A model generated the notes under the pieces. The model was given only the letters and a program-made list of their open reading frames with translations. It searched no databases and was not told the DNA's origin. The position numbers and the translations under genes were made by a program. DNA of 61,704 nucleotides, the filler included. It is 4 parts of 4 records of this genome, joined end to end, with 100 filler letters (N's around TTAATTAATTAA, not from the genome) between each part and the next. Parts side by side here need not be neighbours in the genome. Positions count along the whole stretch, not along the records: positions 19,315 to 41,599 come from SRR20825006_1425; 3 more parts are not named here. One strand, 5' to 3'. Each line of letters begins with the position of its first letter. Within the stretch, counting starts at the first letter, position 1. This document shows positions 28,748 to 38,679 of the stretch, piece after piece.

Positions 28748-30403
28748 TCAGGCGCATTCCACGCCAGGTTTGCGGTTGCGCAACTCGTCGACCAGCACAC
28801 GCGTATTCTCGGAATAGTCGATCGGCACATCGACCAGATGCACACCGCCGCCGACAAAAGCAGCTTCGAGCGTGGGCACAAGATCCTCGATAGCCGTCAC
28901 GCGCGAACCCCTGGCGCCATAGGCTTCTGCATAGCGCACGAAGTCGGGATTGCCGAAGCTCATGCCGAAGTCCGGAAAGCCGTCGACCGCCTGCTTCCAG
29001 CGGATCATGCCATAGGCGCTGTCGTTGAGGATGACGACCACGAGGTTCAGCCCGAGCCGCACCGCCGTTTCCATCTCCTGCGAGTTCATCATGAATCCGC
29101 CATCGCCGCAGACCGCCATGACACGGCGATCGGGATTGAGCATCGCCGCCATCATCGCCGAGGGCAGCCCGGCTCCCATTGTGGCAAGCGCATTGTCGAG
29201 CAGCAGCGTGTTGGCGACATGGGTGCGGTAGTTACGCGCAAACCAGATCTTGTACATGCCATTGTCAAGACAGACGATGCCGTCTTCCGGCATGACCTTG
29301 CGGACATCGTGGACGAGGCGCTGAGGCGTTACGGGGAAACGATCCTCCTCGGCGCGATCATTGATGCGGGCGAGGATGCGCTGGCGCAGATCGAGCATTC
29401 CCTCGTCGGGCGTCAGCTGTCCTTCGAGCCGATCGGCAAGTGCTTCGACTGTGGCGCCGATATCGCCGATCACCTCGACATCCGGGTGGTAGACCTGCTC
29501 GACATTGGCCGACTGGTAACCGACATGAATGACCTTCGGCCCACCGGCGCTCTTCATCAGGAAGGGCGGCTTTTCGACCGTATCGTGGCCGATGGCGATG
29601 ATCAGGTCGGCGCGTTCCACCGCTTCGTGCACGTAGTCGCCCTCCGACAGTGCGGCCGTGCCCACGTAAAGGTTCGATCCGCCGGTAACCGCACCCTTGC
29701 CCATCTGGGTGTTGAAGAACGGCAGCCGCGTACGCCTCACGAAGCTCGAAAGCGCCTCGACCAGCGCGGGTCGGTTGCCCGCCGCGCCGATCATGACGAG
29801 TGGTCGGCTGGCACCGAGAATAACTTCGGCCGCACTGTCGAGCGCTGAGCCCGAAGCGACAGGACGCGCGGAAGTATGGACCGGGATGACGGAGGTGCTT
29901 TCCACCTCCTCGCTCGCGACATCCTCAGGCAATTCCAGATGTACAGGTCCGGGCCGCTCCTCAATCGCGACCCTGAAGGCGTCGCGCACTGTTGACGGTA
30001 TGGCGGCAGCACTGACGATCTGACGCGTCATCTTGGTCAGCGGCTTCATCGAGGCGACGATATCAACGATCTGAAAGCGGGCCTGCTTGGCGCTCATCAC
30101 CGGCTTCTGGCCGGTGATGAGGATCATCGGCATCGCGCCGAGGTGTGCATAGGCTGCACCCGTCGAGAAATTGAGCGCCCCGGGTCCGAGCGTGGCCAGG
30201 CACACGCCGGGCTTGCCGGTCAGTCGACCATGCGTCGCCGCCATGAAGGCTGCCGCCTGCTCATGACGGGTCAGGATCAGCTTAATGCTGGAGGTTCGCA
30301 GCGATTCCAGGAGGTCGAGATTCTCCTCGCCTGGCACGCCGAAGATGCGATCTACGCCTTCGTTTTCCAGCGCGGCGACAAAAAGGTCCGATCCTTTCGG
30401 CAT
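28748..30403 (-). CDS. ThDP-dependent acetolactate-synthase-like enzyme
   Basis: FGVPGEEN, RHEQAAAF, TLGPG, GDGG...ND ThDP-binding motif. Confidence 0.9.
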   Translation of the reverse strand: MPKGSDLFVAALENEGVDRIFGVPGEENLDLLESLRTSSIKLILTRHEQAAAFMAATHGRLTGKPGVCLATLGPGALNFSTGAAYAHLGAMPMILITGQKPVMSAKQARFQIVDIVASMKPLTKMTRQIVSAAAIPSTVRDAFRVAIEERPGPVHLELPEDVASEEVESTSVIPVHTSARPVASGSALDSAAEVILGASRPLVMIGAAGNRPALVEALSSFVRRTRLPFFNTQMGKGAVTGGSNLYVGTAALSEGDYVHEAVERADLIIAIGHDTVEKPPFLMKSAGGPKVIHVGYQSANVEQVYHPDVEVIGDIGATVEALADRLEGQLTPDEGMLDLRQRILARINDRAEEDRFPVTPQRLVHDVRKVMPEDGIVCLDNGMYKIWFARNYRTHVANTLLLDNALATMGAGLPSAMMAAMLNPDRRVMAVCGDGGFMMNSQEMETAVRLGLNLVVVILNDSAYGMIRWKQAVDGFPDFGMSFGNPDFVRYAEAYGARGSRVTAIEDLVPTLEAAFVGGGVHLVDVPIDYSENTRVLVDELRNRKPGVECA

Positions 30404-30514
30404 AGCCTAAACTCCCAGTTTCAACGTTTGGACTCGGCGTGCCATGAGCCTACACCAGCCAGTGCAATTGCCACCCATCGCCTTTGCATCACAAGATCGG
30501 CGCCCCGCTCCGCG

Positions 30515-30799
30515 CTAACCAAACACGATGTCAGAATACTCGGGATGGCGTGCATAGTAGGCGCCCATGAACGGGCATTGCAGCACGACCTTGTCACCAC
30601 GCGCGCGGATTGCCTCGAAGACGCCGTGAGCAAGCTGTGAACCAATTCCCTGCCCGGAGAACTGAAATGGCACCTCGGTATGGGTAAGGATAAAGTGGCC
30701 ATTCTCGGCGCGATAATAGGCGGCTGCGATATCGCCGTCGCTTCCATCAATGGGGAGTTCGAAACGATGTTCGGCGGGATTATCGATGACCATGGTCAA
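30515..30799 (-). CDS. Small GNAT (YjdJ/Acetyltransf_CG-like); start 30799 (TTG) or 30793
   Basis: HRFEL, LTHTEVP..FSGQGIGS, CPF, HPEYSD. Confidence 0.85.
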   Translation of the reverse strand: MTMVIDNPAEHRFELPIDGSDGDIAAAYYRAENGHFILTHTEVPFQFSGQGIGSQLAHGVFEAIRARGDKVVLQCPFMGAYYARHPEYSDIVFG

Positions 30800-31891
30800 T
30801 TAGTTTCTCCCGGTCTGTGGCTCGTCGGCACCTTGCGGGATGAGAGACGTATGCGGCGTCTTGTGAGCCGCCCGGACAATTGGCGCGACTTCCGTGCCGA
30901 GAAGCTCAATCGAACGCTTCATCGCAGACGTTTCGAGCGAGGCCGTGCTCATCTGGAAGGTGATGCGTGCAACGCCGCCAAGCGCTTCGCTTGCCTTTAG
31001 CATCTTGGCTGCTACCGTCTCGGGATCGCCGATCAGGAATGCGCCTTCGGGGCTGGCCATCGCCTCGAACTGCTGGCGCGTTGGCATCGACCACCCGCGT
31101 TCGCGTCCGATGGTCCCGGTCAGATGCGCCCAGCCGGGAAAGAAAGCATCCTTGGCCCCGGCGTCCGTCTCGCCGACGAAACCCATAGCGTGCACACCCA
31201 TAGCAAGTTTCTCCGCAGCATGCCCGGCGCGTCGGCCAGCCTCGCGATAGAGATCAACGAGTGGTCGAAAACGCTCAAACGTTCCGCCGATAATGGCAAC
31301 CATCAGTGGAAGGCCGAGTTCCCCCGCGCGCTCGAAGGACCGCGGCGTGCCGCCGACGCCGACCCACAGCGGCAGTCGCGGCTGGTGGGGACGCGGGTAG
31401 ACGCCCTCGCCGCGAAGTGCGGGACGATAACGCCCCGACCAGGAAATATTGGTTTCCTCACGAAGTTTCAGGAACAGGTCGAGCTTTTCGGCGAAGAGCT
31501 GGTCATAGGCATTGGTATCGAGGCCGAACAGCGGAAAGGCCTCTACGAACGAGCCGCGCCCGACGACGATTTCGGCGCGCCCCTTGGAAATCAAATCGAG
31601 CGTCGCGAACTCCTGAAAAACCCGCACCGGATCAGCGGCGCTCAGCACCGTCACAGCGCTCGTCAGGCGGATATTCCTGGTCCGGGCCGCCGCAGCCGAA
31701 AGAATGATGGCCGGTGCGGAATCAAGGAATTCTGCCCGATGGTGTTCTCCGATCCCGAAGACATCGAGCCCGACACGGTCGGCGACCTCAATCTCCTGCA
31801 AAAGATCCGCCATGCGATCGGTTGCCGAGGGAAGCTGCCCCGTCGACGGGTCGGGTAAGATGGCTGCAAAACTGTCGACGCCTATTTCCAT
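30800..31891 (-). CDS. Luciferase-like (LLM) flavin-dependent oxidoreductase
   Basis: FGIGEHHR, LTSAVTVLS, DPVRVFQEFATLD, GRGSF, GVGGTP. Confidence 0.9.
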   Translation of the reverse strand: MEIGVDSFAAILPDPSTGQLPSATDRMADLLQEIEVADRVGLDVFGIGEHHRAEFLDSAPAIILSAAAARTRNIRLTSAVTVLSAADPVRVFQEFATLDLISKGRAEIVVGRGSFVEAFPLFGLDTNAYDQLFAEKLDLFLKLREETNISWSGRYRPALRGEGVYPRPHQPRLPLWVGVGGTPRSFERAGELGLPLMVAIIGGTFERFRPLVDLYREAGRRAGHAAEKLAMGVHAMGFVGETDAGAKDAFFPGWAHLTGTIGRERGWSMPTRQQFEAMASPEGAFLIGDPETVAAKMLKASEALGGVARITFQMSTASLETSAMKRSIELLGTEVAPIVRAAHKTPHTSLIPQGADEPQTGRN

Positions 31892-32245
31892 GATGGATTC
31901 TCGCAAGATTTTTGTCGATCCATGCGGACCGCGCTGGGTTGGCACACGGCCAGGCCGCTCGGATCAAAACTGTCGGACACCTCTGTCCGATCAGGAACTA
32001 GTCTAAGCTCGAAGATACCGCGGTGCAGTATCTGCCCGTTCGGTGCCACTCTTGCGCCCATTTTCTTCCTTGGTTGCACCGTGGCTTGAGTTGGTTCGGT
32101 TTCTTGGAGACGGTGCGACTGAAGCGAACGCATGGCGGACGGAATGTGCGACGCCAGTTGATTATCAACTAGAAGATGGCATCTCTTTCGGCGAGACGAT
32201 AGAGCGCGTTCCTGCCACTCTGTGTTGCGAAACGGGGAACGATGG

Positions 32246-33208
32246 ATGGAATTAGACGACCTTCGGACATTTGTTGAAGTGGCCGATGCCGGGGGCGTAT
32301 CGGCTGCCGCCCGCCGGCTCGGGGTATCCAAGTCGATGGTCAGCCGCCGGCTCTTCCGGCTCGAGGCGGAACTTGGCGTCCAGCTTCTTGCCCGAACCAC
32401 TCGGGGCGCCGCCCTCACAGAAGCCGGGATTGCGTTTAGAGATCATGCTGCAAGAGTGGGCGCCGAAATCGATGCCGCGCGGGAAACCCTCCAGCCCAGC
32501 GGCGACCTAACCGGCCGCCTGCGTGTCGCCATGCCCCTTACATTCGGTCCGACGCTTCTCGCGCCGGTGCTGGCGGAACTGGCGCGCCACCACCCAAGAC
32601 TTCACATCCACTCATCCTATAGCGACCGCTTTGTCGATCTTATCGCCGAGGGTTTCGATTGCGCGATCCGGGTGGGCTATCTCCAGGATTCCAATCTTGT
32701 CGCGCGACGTGTGGGCAACCTTCATGGGAAGTTGCTCGCCAGCCCTGACTACATAAACGCTCATGGTGCCCCGGAGACGCCGGAAGAGATCGTCCTGCAC
32801 CAGGCCCTGATGCAGGGTACGGAATCCTGGCAGTTCATGGATGGCGACAAGGTTGTCACCATCAATCCGCAAGGACGCTACAAGGCCGATAACGGCATCG
32901 CGCTCGCCGCCGCTGCCGCCGCAGGGCTGGGGGTCGCATGGCTGCCTGACTGCGTCACCGGCCCTTATGTTGCATCGGGCGCGCTTGTTCCAATCATGAC
33001 ACGCTACCCGGTGCCTTCGGCGGGGGTTTTCGTCATTCGTCCGCCAGGGCAGCACCCCTCGCGAAAGGTGCGGATATTGACCGAGTTGCTGGTCGTGAGC
33101 CTTGGGGGAAAGTCGGCGCCTGGCGGCCGCCAAGCGCCAGAGATGGATTTGCGCGATGGCATTGACGTTCCGCTTTTCGCAACACAGCTCGGCGGATCAC
33201 GGGTCTAG
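32246..33208 (+). CDS. LysR-family regulator (CrgA-like)
   Basis: LRTFVEVADAGG.SAAARRL..SKSMVSR, RTTR..LTEAG, DLIAEGFDCAIR. Confidence 0.92.
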   Translation: MELDDLRTFVEVADAGGVSAAARRLGVSKSMVSRRLFRLEAELGVQLLARTTRGAALTEAGIAFRDHAARVGAEIDAARETLQPSGDLTGRLRVAMPLTFGPTLLAPVLAELARHHPRLHIHSSYSDRFVDLIAEGFDCAIRVGYLQDSNLVARRVGNLHGKLLASPDYINAHGAPETPEEIVLHQALMQGTESWQFMDGDKVVTINPQGRYKADNGIALAAAAAAGLGVAWLPDCVTGPYVASGALVPIMTRYPVPSAGVFVIRPPGQHPSRKVRILTELLVVSLGGKSAPGGRQAPEMDLRDGIDVPLFATQLGGSRV

Positions 33209-33279
33209 CTGCAGGGCTGACCGCCAGATACCACAATCATTGGGTCGGATCGGACCATCGGGCAGGAAGGGATATGTGC

Positions 33280-34215
33280 ATGAGCTGGAACCCATCAATC
33301 GAACCAGGCTGTCCTGATGACGTGGGTATTGATGCGATCGAAACCCTGATCGTTCCGCGGTCCCGAGACCTTGGCGATTTCCAGGTCCGACGTGCGCTGC
33401 CGGCACCGAAGCGGCAGATGGTCGGGCCGTTTATCTTCTTCGATCAGGCCGGACCGGCAGAGTTGCTGACTGGGCAGGGGGTCGACGTTCGGCCGCATCC
33501 GCATGTCGGCCTGGGCACGGTGACCTATTTGTTCAAAGGTGACTTCCATCACCGCGACAGCACCGGCGCCGATCAGATCATCCGTCCCGGAGCGCTGAAC
33601 TGGATGGTCGCCGGGCGCGGCGTCACCCATTCGGAGCGCACGTCCGCGACGGCCCGAAGCGGTCCGAACAGCCTGTTCGGGATCCAGACCTGGCTGGCCT
33701 TGCCGGACAGCCATGAAGACGTGGTGCCCAGCTTCGAACATCATAGCAAGGAAGCACTGCCCGTAATCGAGGACAGTGGCGTTTCGGTTCGTTTGATCCT
33801 CGGCAATGCCTACGGAAAAGTCGCGCCCGCGACGATGCTCTCGGAGACATTCTACGCCGATGTCAGCCTTGAGCCTGGCAGTCGCCTGCCGATGCCGGAC
33901 AACCACGAGGACCGCGGCATCTATATCGTCGAAGGTTCGATTTCGGTTGCTGGCCAGGACTTCGAGGCTTCGCAGATGATGGTGTTTAGACCGGGCGACC
34001 GAATTACGGTCGCCGCCGGAGAACGGGGTGCACGGCTGATGATCCTGGGCGGCGCGACCTTTAACGGGCCGCGCTACATCTGGTGGAACTTCGTCGCCTC
34101 GTCGCAGGAGCGGATCGAACAGGCCAAGGCTGAATGGCGCGCCGCGAACTGGGGCACGGGACGCTTCGACCTACCTGTCGACGACCGGGATGAACACATT
34201 CCCCTCCCCGAATGA
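33280..34215 (+). CDS. Pirin family protein
   Basis: GPFIFFD, HPH, HRDSTG, WMVAGRGVTHSE, WWNFV. Confidence 0.93.
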   Translation: MSWNPSIEPGCPDDVGIDAIETLIVPRSRDLGDFQVRRALPAPKRQMVGPFIFFDQAGPAELLTGQGVDVRPHPHVGLGTVTYLFKGDFHHRDSTGADQIIRPGALNWMVAGRGVTHSERTSATARSGPNSLFGIQTWLALPDSHEDVVPSFEHHSKEALPVIEDSGVSVRLILGNAYGKVAPATMLSETFYADVSLEPGSRLPMPDNHEDRGIYIVEGSISVAGQDFEASQMMVFRPGDRITVAAGERGARLMILGGATFNGPRYIWWNFVASSQERIEQAKAEWRAANWGTGRFDLPVDDRDEHIPLPE

Positions 34216-34240
34216 CACTTGCCAGCCTGGAGAACCGCAA

Positions 34241-35488
34241 ATGAGTACCTGGCCCCATCTCAACTACCTCGGCTGGCGTGAGACCTGTTCGGCGCTGCAT
34301 CTCTATCTCCAGATCGCCGGCAAATACCGGCTGGCACACACGCCCTGGCTCAACCACTCCTGGAATGCGACCTTCTACGTCACGCCGCAGGGGCTGGCGT
34401 CTTCGCCCATACCCGACGGGCCGGGAATCGAAATCCTATTCGACCTGCTTAAGCACAGGGTGGTGGGGACCTGCGGCAATGGTCGCAGCAAGTCCTTCGA
34501 CCTTGAGCCGATGACGGTCTCGGCATTCCACGCCAAATTCGTGACGCTGATTTCCGATCTCGGTGGTACGCCGACCTTCAACGGTAGTCCCAACGAGGTC
34601 CCGTTTCCGGTTCCTTTCGTCGAGGATGATCGCGACCGGCCCTATGACCGGGAAGCCGTGCGGCGCTACCACCAGGCCCTGATTTCGGTCGACAAAGTCT
34701 TCAACCGGTTCCGCACCTCATTTCTCGGCAAGGCCAGTCCGGTTCATCTGTTCTGGGGAGCACTGGATCTGGCTGTCACCCGATTCTCGGGGCGTCGTGC
34801 GCCGCTCCACCCCGCCGGAATCCCGGCCTTGCCTGACGACATTGCGCAAGAGGCCTATGACCGCGAGGTGTCTTCGGCGGGCTTCTGGCCGGGCGGCAAC
34901 GGCATAGATTATCCGGCCTTTTATGCCTACGCCTACCCAGTGCCCGGGGGCTACCGTGCCGCCACTGTAAAGCCGGACGCCGCGTTCTGGCACGAGGACC
35001 TTGCGGAATTCGTGCTCCCCTACGATGCCGTCCAGTCCTCGTCCGATCCCGACGCGGCCCTCATGGCGTTCCTCATATCGACTTACGAGGCCGCTGCCGA
35101 ACTGGGCGGGTGGGACCGCGACCTGCTCGAATGCGCCCATGGTCAGCCGCGACGAGTGCGCCCGCCAGACGCCGCGCAGGCCAAGGTTGTGCCTCCACCG
35201 GACGCCGAAGCGGTCGAGCGGGAAGACGGAACGCCTAAGGGCCGCTACCGTCTGATCATTGATGGCGTTGAGGCCGAGATGACCTATAGCCGGGCAGGCG
35301 ATGGTCTCATCATCATTGATCACACCGAAGTGCCCGCAGCGTTGCGCGGCCGCAAGGTTGGCGAGCGATTGGTGCGCCAGGCGATTGAGGACGCCCGCCG
35401 CGACGGTATCACCATCATGCCGCTTTGCCCGTTCGCGAAAGCGCAGATTGACCGCCATCCGGAATGGCAGGACGTGGTGCAGCGGTGA
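34241..35488 (+). CDS. DUF5996-like protein fused to a C-terminal GNAT (Acetyltransf_CG-like) domain
   Basis: NHSW, SPVHLFWGALDLAVTRFSG, GFWPG, FYAYAYP; then IDHTEVP..RGRKVG, LCPFAK..HPEW. Confidence 0.8.
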   Translation: MSTWPHLNYLGWRETCSALHLYLQIAGKYRLAHTPWLNHSWNATFYVTPQGLASSPIPDGPGIEILFDLLKHRVVGTCGNGRSKSFDLEPMTVSAFHAKFVTLISDLGGTPTFNGSPNEVPFPVPFVEDDRDRPYDREAVRRYHQALISVDKVFNRFRTSFLGKASPVHLFWGALDLAVTRFSGRRAPLHPAGIPALPDDIAQEAYDREVSSAGFWPGGNGIDYPAFYAYAYPVPGGYRAATVKPDAAFWHEDLAEFVLPYDAVQSSSDPDAALMAFLISTYEAAAELGGWDRDLLECAHGQPRRVRPPDAAQAKVVPPPDAEAVEREDGTPKGRYRLIIDGVEAEMTYSRAGDGLIIIDHTEVPAALRGRKVGERLVRQAIEDARRDGITIMPLCPFAKAQIDRHPEWQDVVQR

Positions 35489-35578
35489 TGGGAGGCCGGT
35501 GGCGGAATTTCACTTCCTTCACTGCCACCTGGAGTGCGAGAGCGAACAGCAGGAACGATTAACGACGGGAGCGATGAC

Positions 35579-35818
35579 ATGAGCGATTTGACCTATCAGA
35601 TTGTCGAACATGATGGCGGCTGGGCCTATCGGGTAGATGGAACCTATTCCGAGACTTTTTCGAGCCATGATGCGGCTTTCGGTGCGGCGCGGCGTGCGGC
35701 TTGCAAGCAATTGCGGCCGGGAGAGACCACGGGCATTGTCTGGGAAGACACGACCGGTCATTGGCATGCGGAACTCTCGCGCGCCAGCGACAGGCCTCAA
35801 ACACATGTCATCGGCTGA
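35579..35818 (+). CDS. Small DUF2188-like protein
   Basis: YQIVEHDGGWAYRVDGTYSETF; GGGAG RBS upstream. Confidence 0.75.
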   Translation: MSDLTYQIVEHDGGWAYRVDGTYSETFSSHDAAFGAARRAACKQLRPGETTGIVWEDTTGHWHAELSRASDRPQTHVIG

Positions 35819-36146
35819 TCGCACTGCGGTCATGGTGCATATTCGATGACGCCCACATGCCTGCGCCTGGTGCAGATCTTCACCAGGCGGACGGCTGGCC
35901 GCTGATACTGGTCGAAATGGCCGGGGACGAAAGTAAGATGCGGGCAAAGGTCGTACGTCCGGCGCCTGGACATGTTGCCACGCGCTCCGAAGGCCTTGGC
36001 TTCGGGACGCGGCGAGAACGGCCCCACCGCCAACGGCCATGGCCCTGCCGCGCAGTTCCAGGTTCCGTACGTGATCCGCTTGTCAACGGCATTGCCGAGG
36101 TGGCACAGCAAGGCATGGCGAACGGAAACTGGGTAGATCGGACGGC

Positions 36147-36791
36147 ATGACGACAGCACTTCTCATCGATGGTCCATCGGACGCTGCGGTGACCGTTTTG
36201 CTGGCACATGGTGCGGGTGCGCCGATGGATTCAGCATCGATGACGGCGGCAGCCATGGCGCTGGCTGCAGAGGGCTTGCGCGTCGTGCGGTTCGAGTTTG
36301 CCTATATGGCGGCACGGCGAAGCGGGGAAGGTCGCAGGCCGCCGCCCAAGGCCGAAAAGCTGATCGGGGAATATCTGGCGGTGGTGGATCAGCTGGCGCA
36401 GAGCGGCGGGCATCTGGTTATCGGCGGCAAATCCATGGGCGGTCGGGTGGCCAGCATGGTGGCGGACGAACTGTTCGCGGAAGGGCGCATTGCAGGCCTC
36501 ATCTGCCTTGGCTATCCATTTCATCCACCGGGCAAGCCGACGCAGCTACGGACCGCGCATCTCAAGGGATTGCGAGCCCCTGCCCTGATCGTTCAGGGCA
36601 CGCGGGACGAATTCGGCACTCGCGACGAGGTGCCGGGCTATGGCCTGTCTTCGCCCATCGAACTGCTCTGGCTTGAGGACGGGGATCACGACCTCAAGCC
36701 ACGCAAGACCGTTTCCGGATTTTCGGCTGCGGATCATTTGCAGAGCATGGCCAAGGCAACGTCGGAGTGGGTCGCGCGGGTGGCCGGATAG
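36147..36791 (+). CDS. Alpha/beta hydrolase (KANL3/Tex30-like)
   Basis: LAHGAGAPMDS, GGKSMGGR, LGYPFHPPG, QGTRD, DGDH. Confidence 0.88.
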   Translation: MTTALLIDGPSDAAVTVLLAHGAGAPMDSASMTAAAMALAAEGLRVVRFEFAYMAARRSGEGRRPPPKAEKLIGEYLAVVDQLAQSGGHLVIGGKSMGGRVASMVADELFAEGRIAGLICLGYPFHPPGKPTQLRTAHLKGLRAPALIVQGTRDEFGTRDEVPGYGLSSPIELLWLEDGDHDLKPRKTVSGFSAADHLQSMAKATSEWVARVAG

Positions 36792-36796
36792 CGGGA

Positions 36797-37609
36797 TCAG
36801 GCCATGGCCTTGTCGGAATGGTGCCGGCCGATGGGCACGATCATGGGCGTGTTGGAGACCGGATCGACCACCACGCGCGACGTCATGCCGAAGACATCCT
36901 TGACCACTGTTTCAGTGACCACATCGACCGGGCGGCCCTCTGCGACGATCCTGCCGGCCTTCATGGCCACGATGTGGTCGGCATAGCGGCAGGCCAGGTT
37001 CAAATCGTGCAGGACAACGACGACGGTGCGGCCGCGATGCTGAACGAGATCGGTGAGCAGATCGAGCACTTCGACCTGGTGATTGATATCGAGGAATGTG
37101 GTGGGTTCGTCGAGTAAAAGGAGATCGGTTTCCTGCGCCAGAGCCATGGCGATCCAGACGCGCTGGCGCTGGCCGCCGGAGAGCTCATCGACGGGGCGAT
37201 CGGCCAGTTCGGCGGTGTCGGTGGCGGCGAGCGCCTCGGCGACCGCGATATCATCCTCGGGCGTCCAGCGGCGGAACCAGCCCTGGTGGGGATAGCGGCC
37301 CCGGCCGACCAGGTCGGTGACCGAAATGGCATCAGGGGCGATGGGGCTTTGCGGCAGCACGCCGAGTATGGTCGCCACCTCGCGGGTCGGCATCTGGTGA
37401 ATCGGCTTGCCATCGAGATAGACCGCGCCGCGGGTCGGGGTCAGCAGTCGGGCGAGACCGCGCAGCAGGGTGGACTTGCCGCAGGCATTGGCGCCGACGA
37501 TCACAGTCAGCTTGCCGGGCGGCAGGGTCAGGTCGAGCGCCGAGACGATCTGGCGTTCGCCATAGGCGAGATCAAGACCGGCGGCGAGGAGCTGGTGATT
37601 TGCGGACAT
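36797..37609 (-). CDS. Iron-siderophore ABC transporter ATP-binding protein
   Basis: GANACGKST, LSGGQRQR, LLLLDEPT, VLHDLN. Confidence 0.93.
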   Translation of the reverse strand: MSANHQLLAAGLDLAYGERQIVSALDLTLPPGKLTVIVGANACGKSTLLRGLARLLTPTRGAVYLDGKPIHQMPTREVATILGVLPQSPIAPDAISVTDLVGRGRYPHQGWFRRWTPEDDIAVAEALAATDTAELADRPVDELSGGQRQRVWIAMALAQETDLLLLDEPTTFLDINHQVEVLDLLTDLVQHRGRTVVVVLHDLNLACRYADHIVAMKAGRIVAEGRPVDVVTETVVKDVFGMTSRVVVDPVSNTPMIVPIGRHHSDKAMA

Positions 37610-37626
37610 GACCGTTTCTCGTAAAC

Positions 37627-38679
37627 TCAGTTGACCCGGCCGGAGCGGCCCGAGGCCATGAGCAGCCATAGCAGGAACAGGGCGCCGCAGGCACCCGTGA
37701 CGACGCCGACAGGCAGTTGCACCGTCGGCAGCAAGTGTTGCGCCAGCAGATCGGAAACCAGCATGACCAGTGCGCCGACGAGGGCGGCCTGGGCAAAGCC
37801 GCGCCCAGCCCCCTTGAGCAGGCTACGGGCCAAGGGGCCGGAAACGAAAGCGACAAAGCCCACCGGCCCCACTGCGGCAGTGGCAAACGCAGCAAAGCCG
37901 ACGGCCACCAGCATCAGGCCAAGGCGGGTCAATTCAACCGGCGCGCCGAGCGCGCGCGCGGTATCGTCGCCCAGTTCCATGGCATCAAGGGCGCGCACCA
38001 GCCCGATCATCAGCGGGATGAGCACCAGCATGGCGCCGGCCAGGACAATGGAGTCACCGGGGCGAGCGGCATTAAGGCTGCCGACGAGCCAGGCCATAGC
38101 CTGCTGCACCTCGTTGAGGCGTGCGCGGGTGAACAGATAGGAGATGACGGCCGCCAGCATCGCGGCCATGCCGATGCCGATAAGCACGACTCGGAAGGCC
38201 GTGACGCCATTGCGCCAGGCCAGGAAATAGATCGCAAGGGCGGTGAGGACCGCGCCGCCAAAGGCACCGAAAGAAACAGCAATCCCCGACCAGCCCAGGA
38301 TGATGATGCAGAACACGGCGGCGGCGCTGGCGCCATGGGCGATGCCGATAATGTCCGGGCTGGCCAAGGGGTTACGCAAAAGAGTTTGGAAAATGATTCC
38401 GGCCAGGGCAAAGCTCGCGCCGGAGAGCACGGCCAGAATGGCGCGCGGCAGGCGGACCTGCAGGACGATGAAATCGACACTGCGATCGGCAAGGCCGGTC
38501 AATGGCGACAGCAGCGACCGGAGAATGCCCGAGACCGGCACCGGATAGTCGCCAAGATAGAGCGCCAGGGCAAAGGCGGCCAGCAGGGCCAGGGACAGGC
38601 CGAGCAGGACATTGCGCCGGCGCGTGGCCGCAGCGTGCCGCACGGCGCTGATGCGCGAGGTGTCGGCAATGGCGCTCAT
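37627..38679 (-). CDS. FecCD-family ABC permease
   Basis: RLPRA, RNPLASPDIIG, GDDTARALG. Confidence 0.92.
   Translation of the reverse strand: MSAIADTSRISAVRHAAATRRRNVLLGLSLALLAAFALALYLGDYPVPVSGILRSLLSPLTGLADRSVDFIVLQVRLPRAILAVLSGASFALAGIIFQTLLRNPLASPDIIGIAHGASAAAVFCIIILGWSGIAVSFGAFGGAVLTALAIYFLAWRNGVTAFRVVLIGIGMAAMLAAVISYLFTRARLNEVQQAMAWLVGSLNAARPGDSIVLAGAMLVLIPLMIGLVRALDAMELGDDTARALGAPVELTRLGLMLVAVGFAAFATAAVGPVGFVAFVSGPLARSLLKGAGRGFAQAALVGALVMLVSDLLAQHLLPTVQLPVGVVTGACGALFLLWLLMASGRSGRVN

Noticed and set aside
28748-30403. Gene symbol ilvB/ilvI
   Set aside because: No small subunit or ilvC nearby, and pairing with an ALDH argues for another role.
33100-33208. Extra C-terminal tail on the LysR as a frameshift
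   Set aside because: The domain is complete and short variable tails are common; no direct evidence of disruption.
35830-36150. Short ORFs in the spacer before the alpha/beta hydrolase
   Set aside because: No recognisable motif or RBS in any frame; left as non-coding or degenerate.
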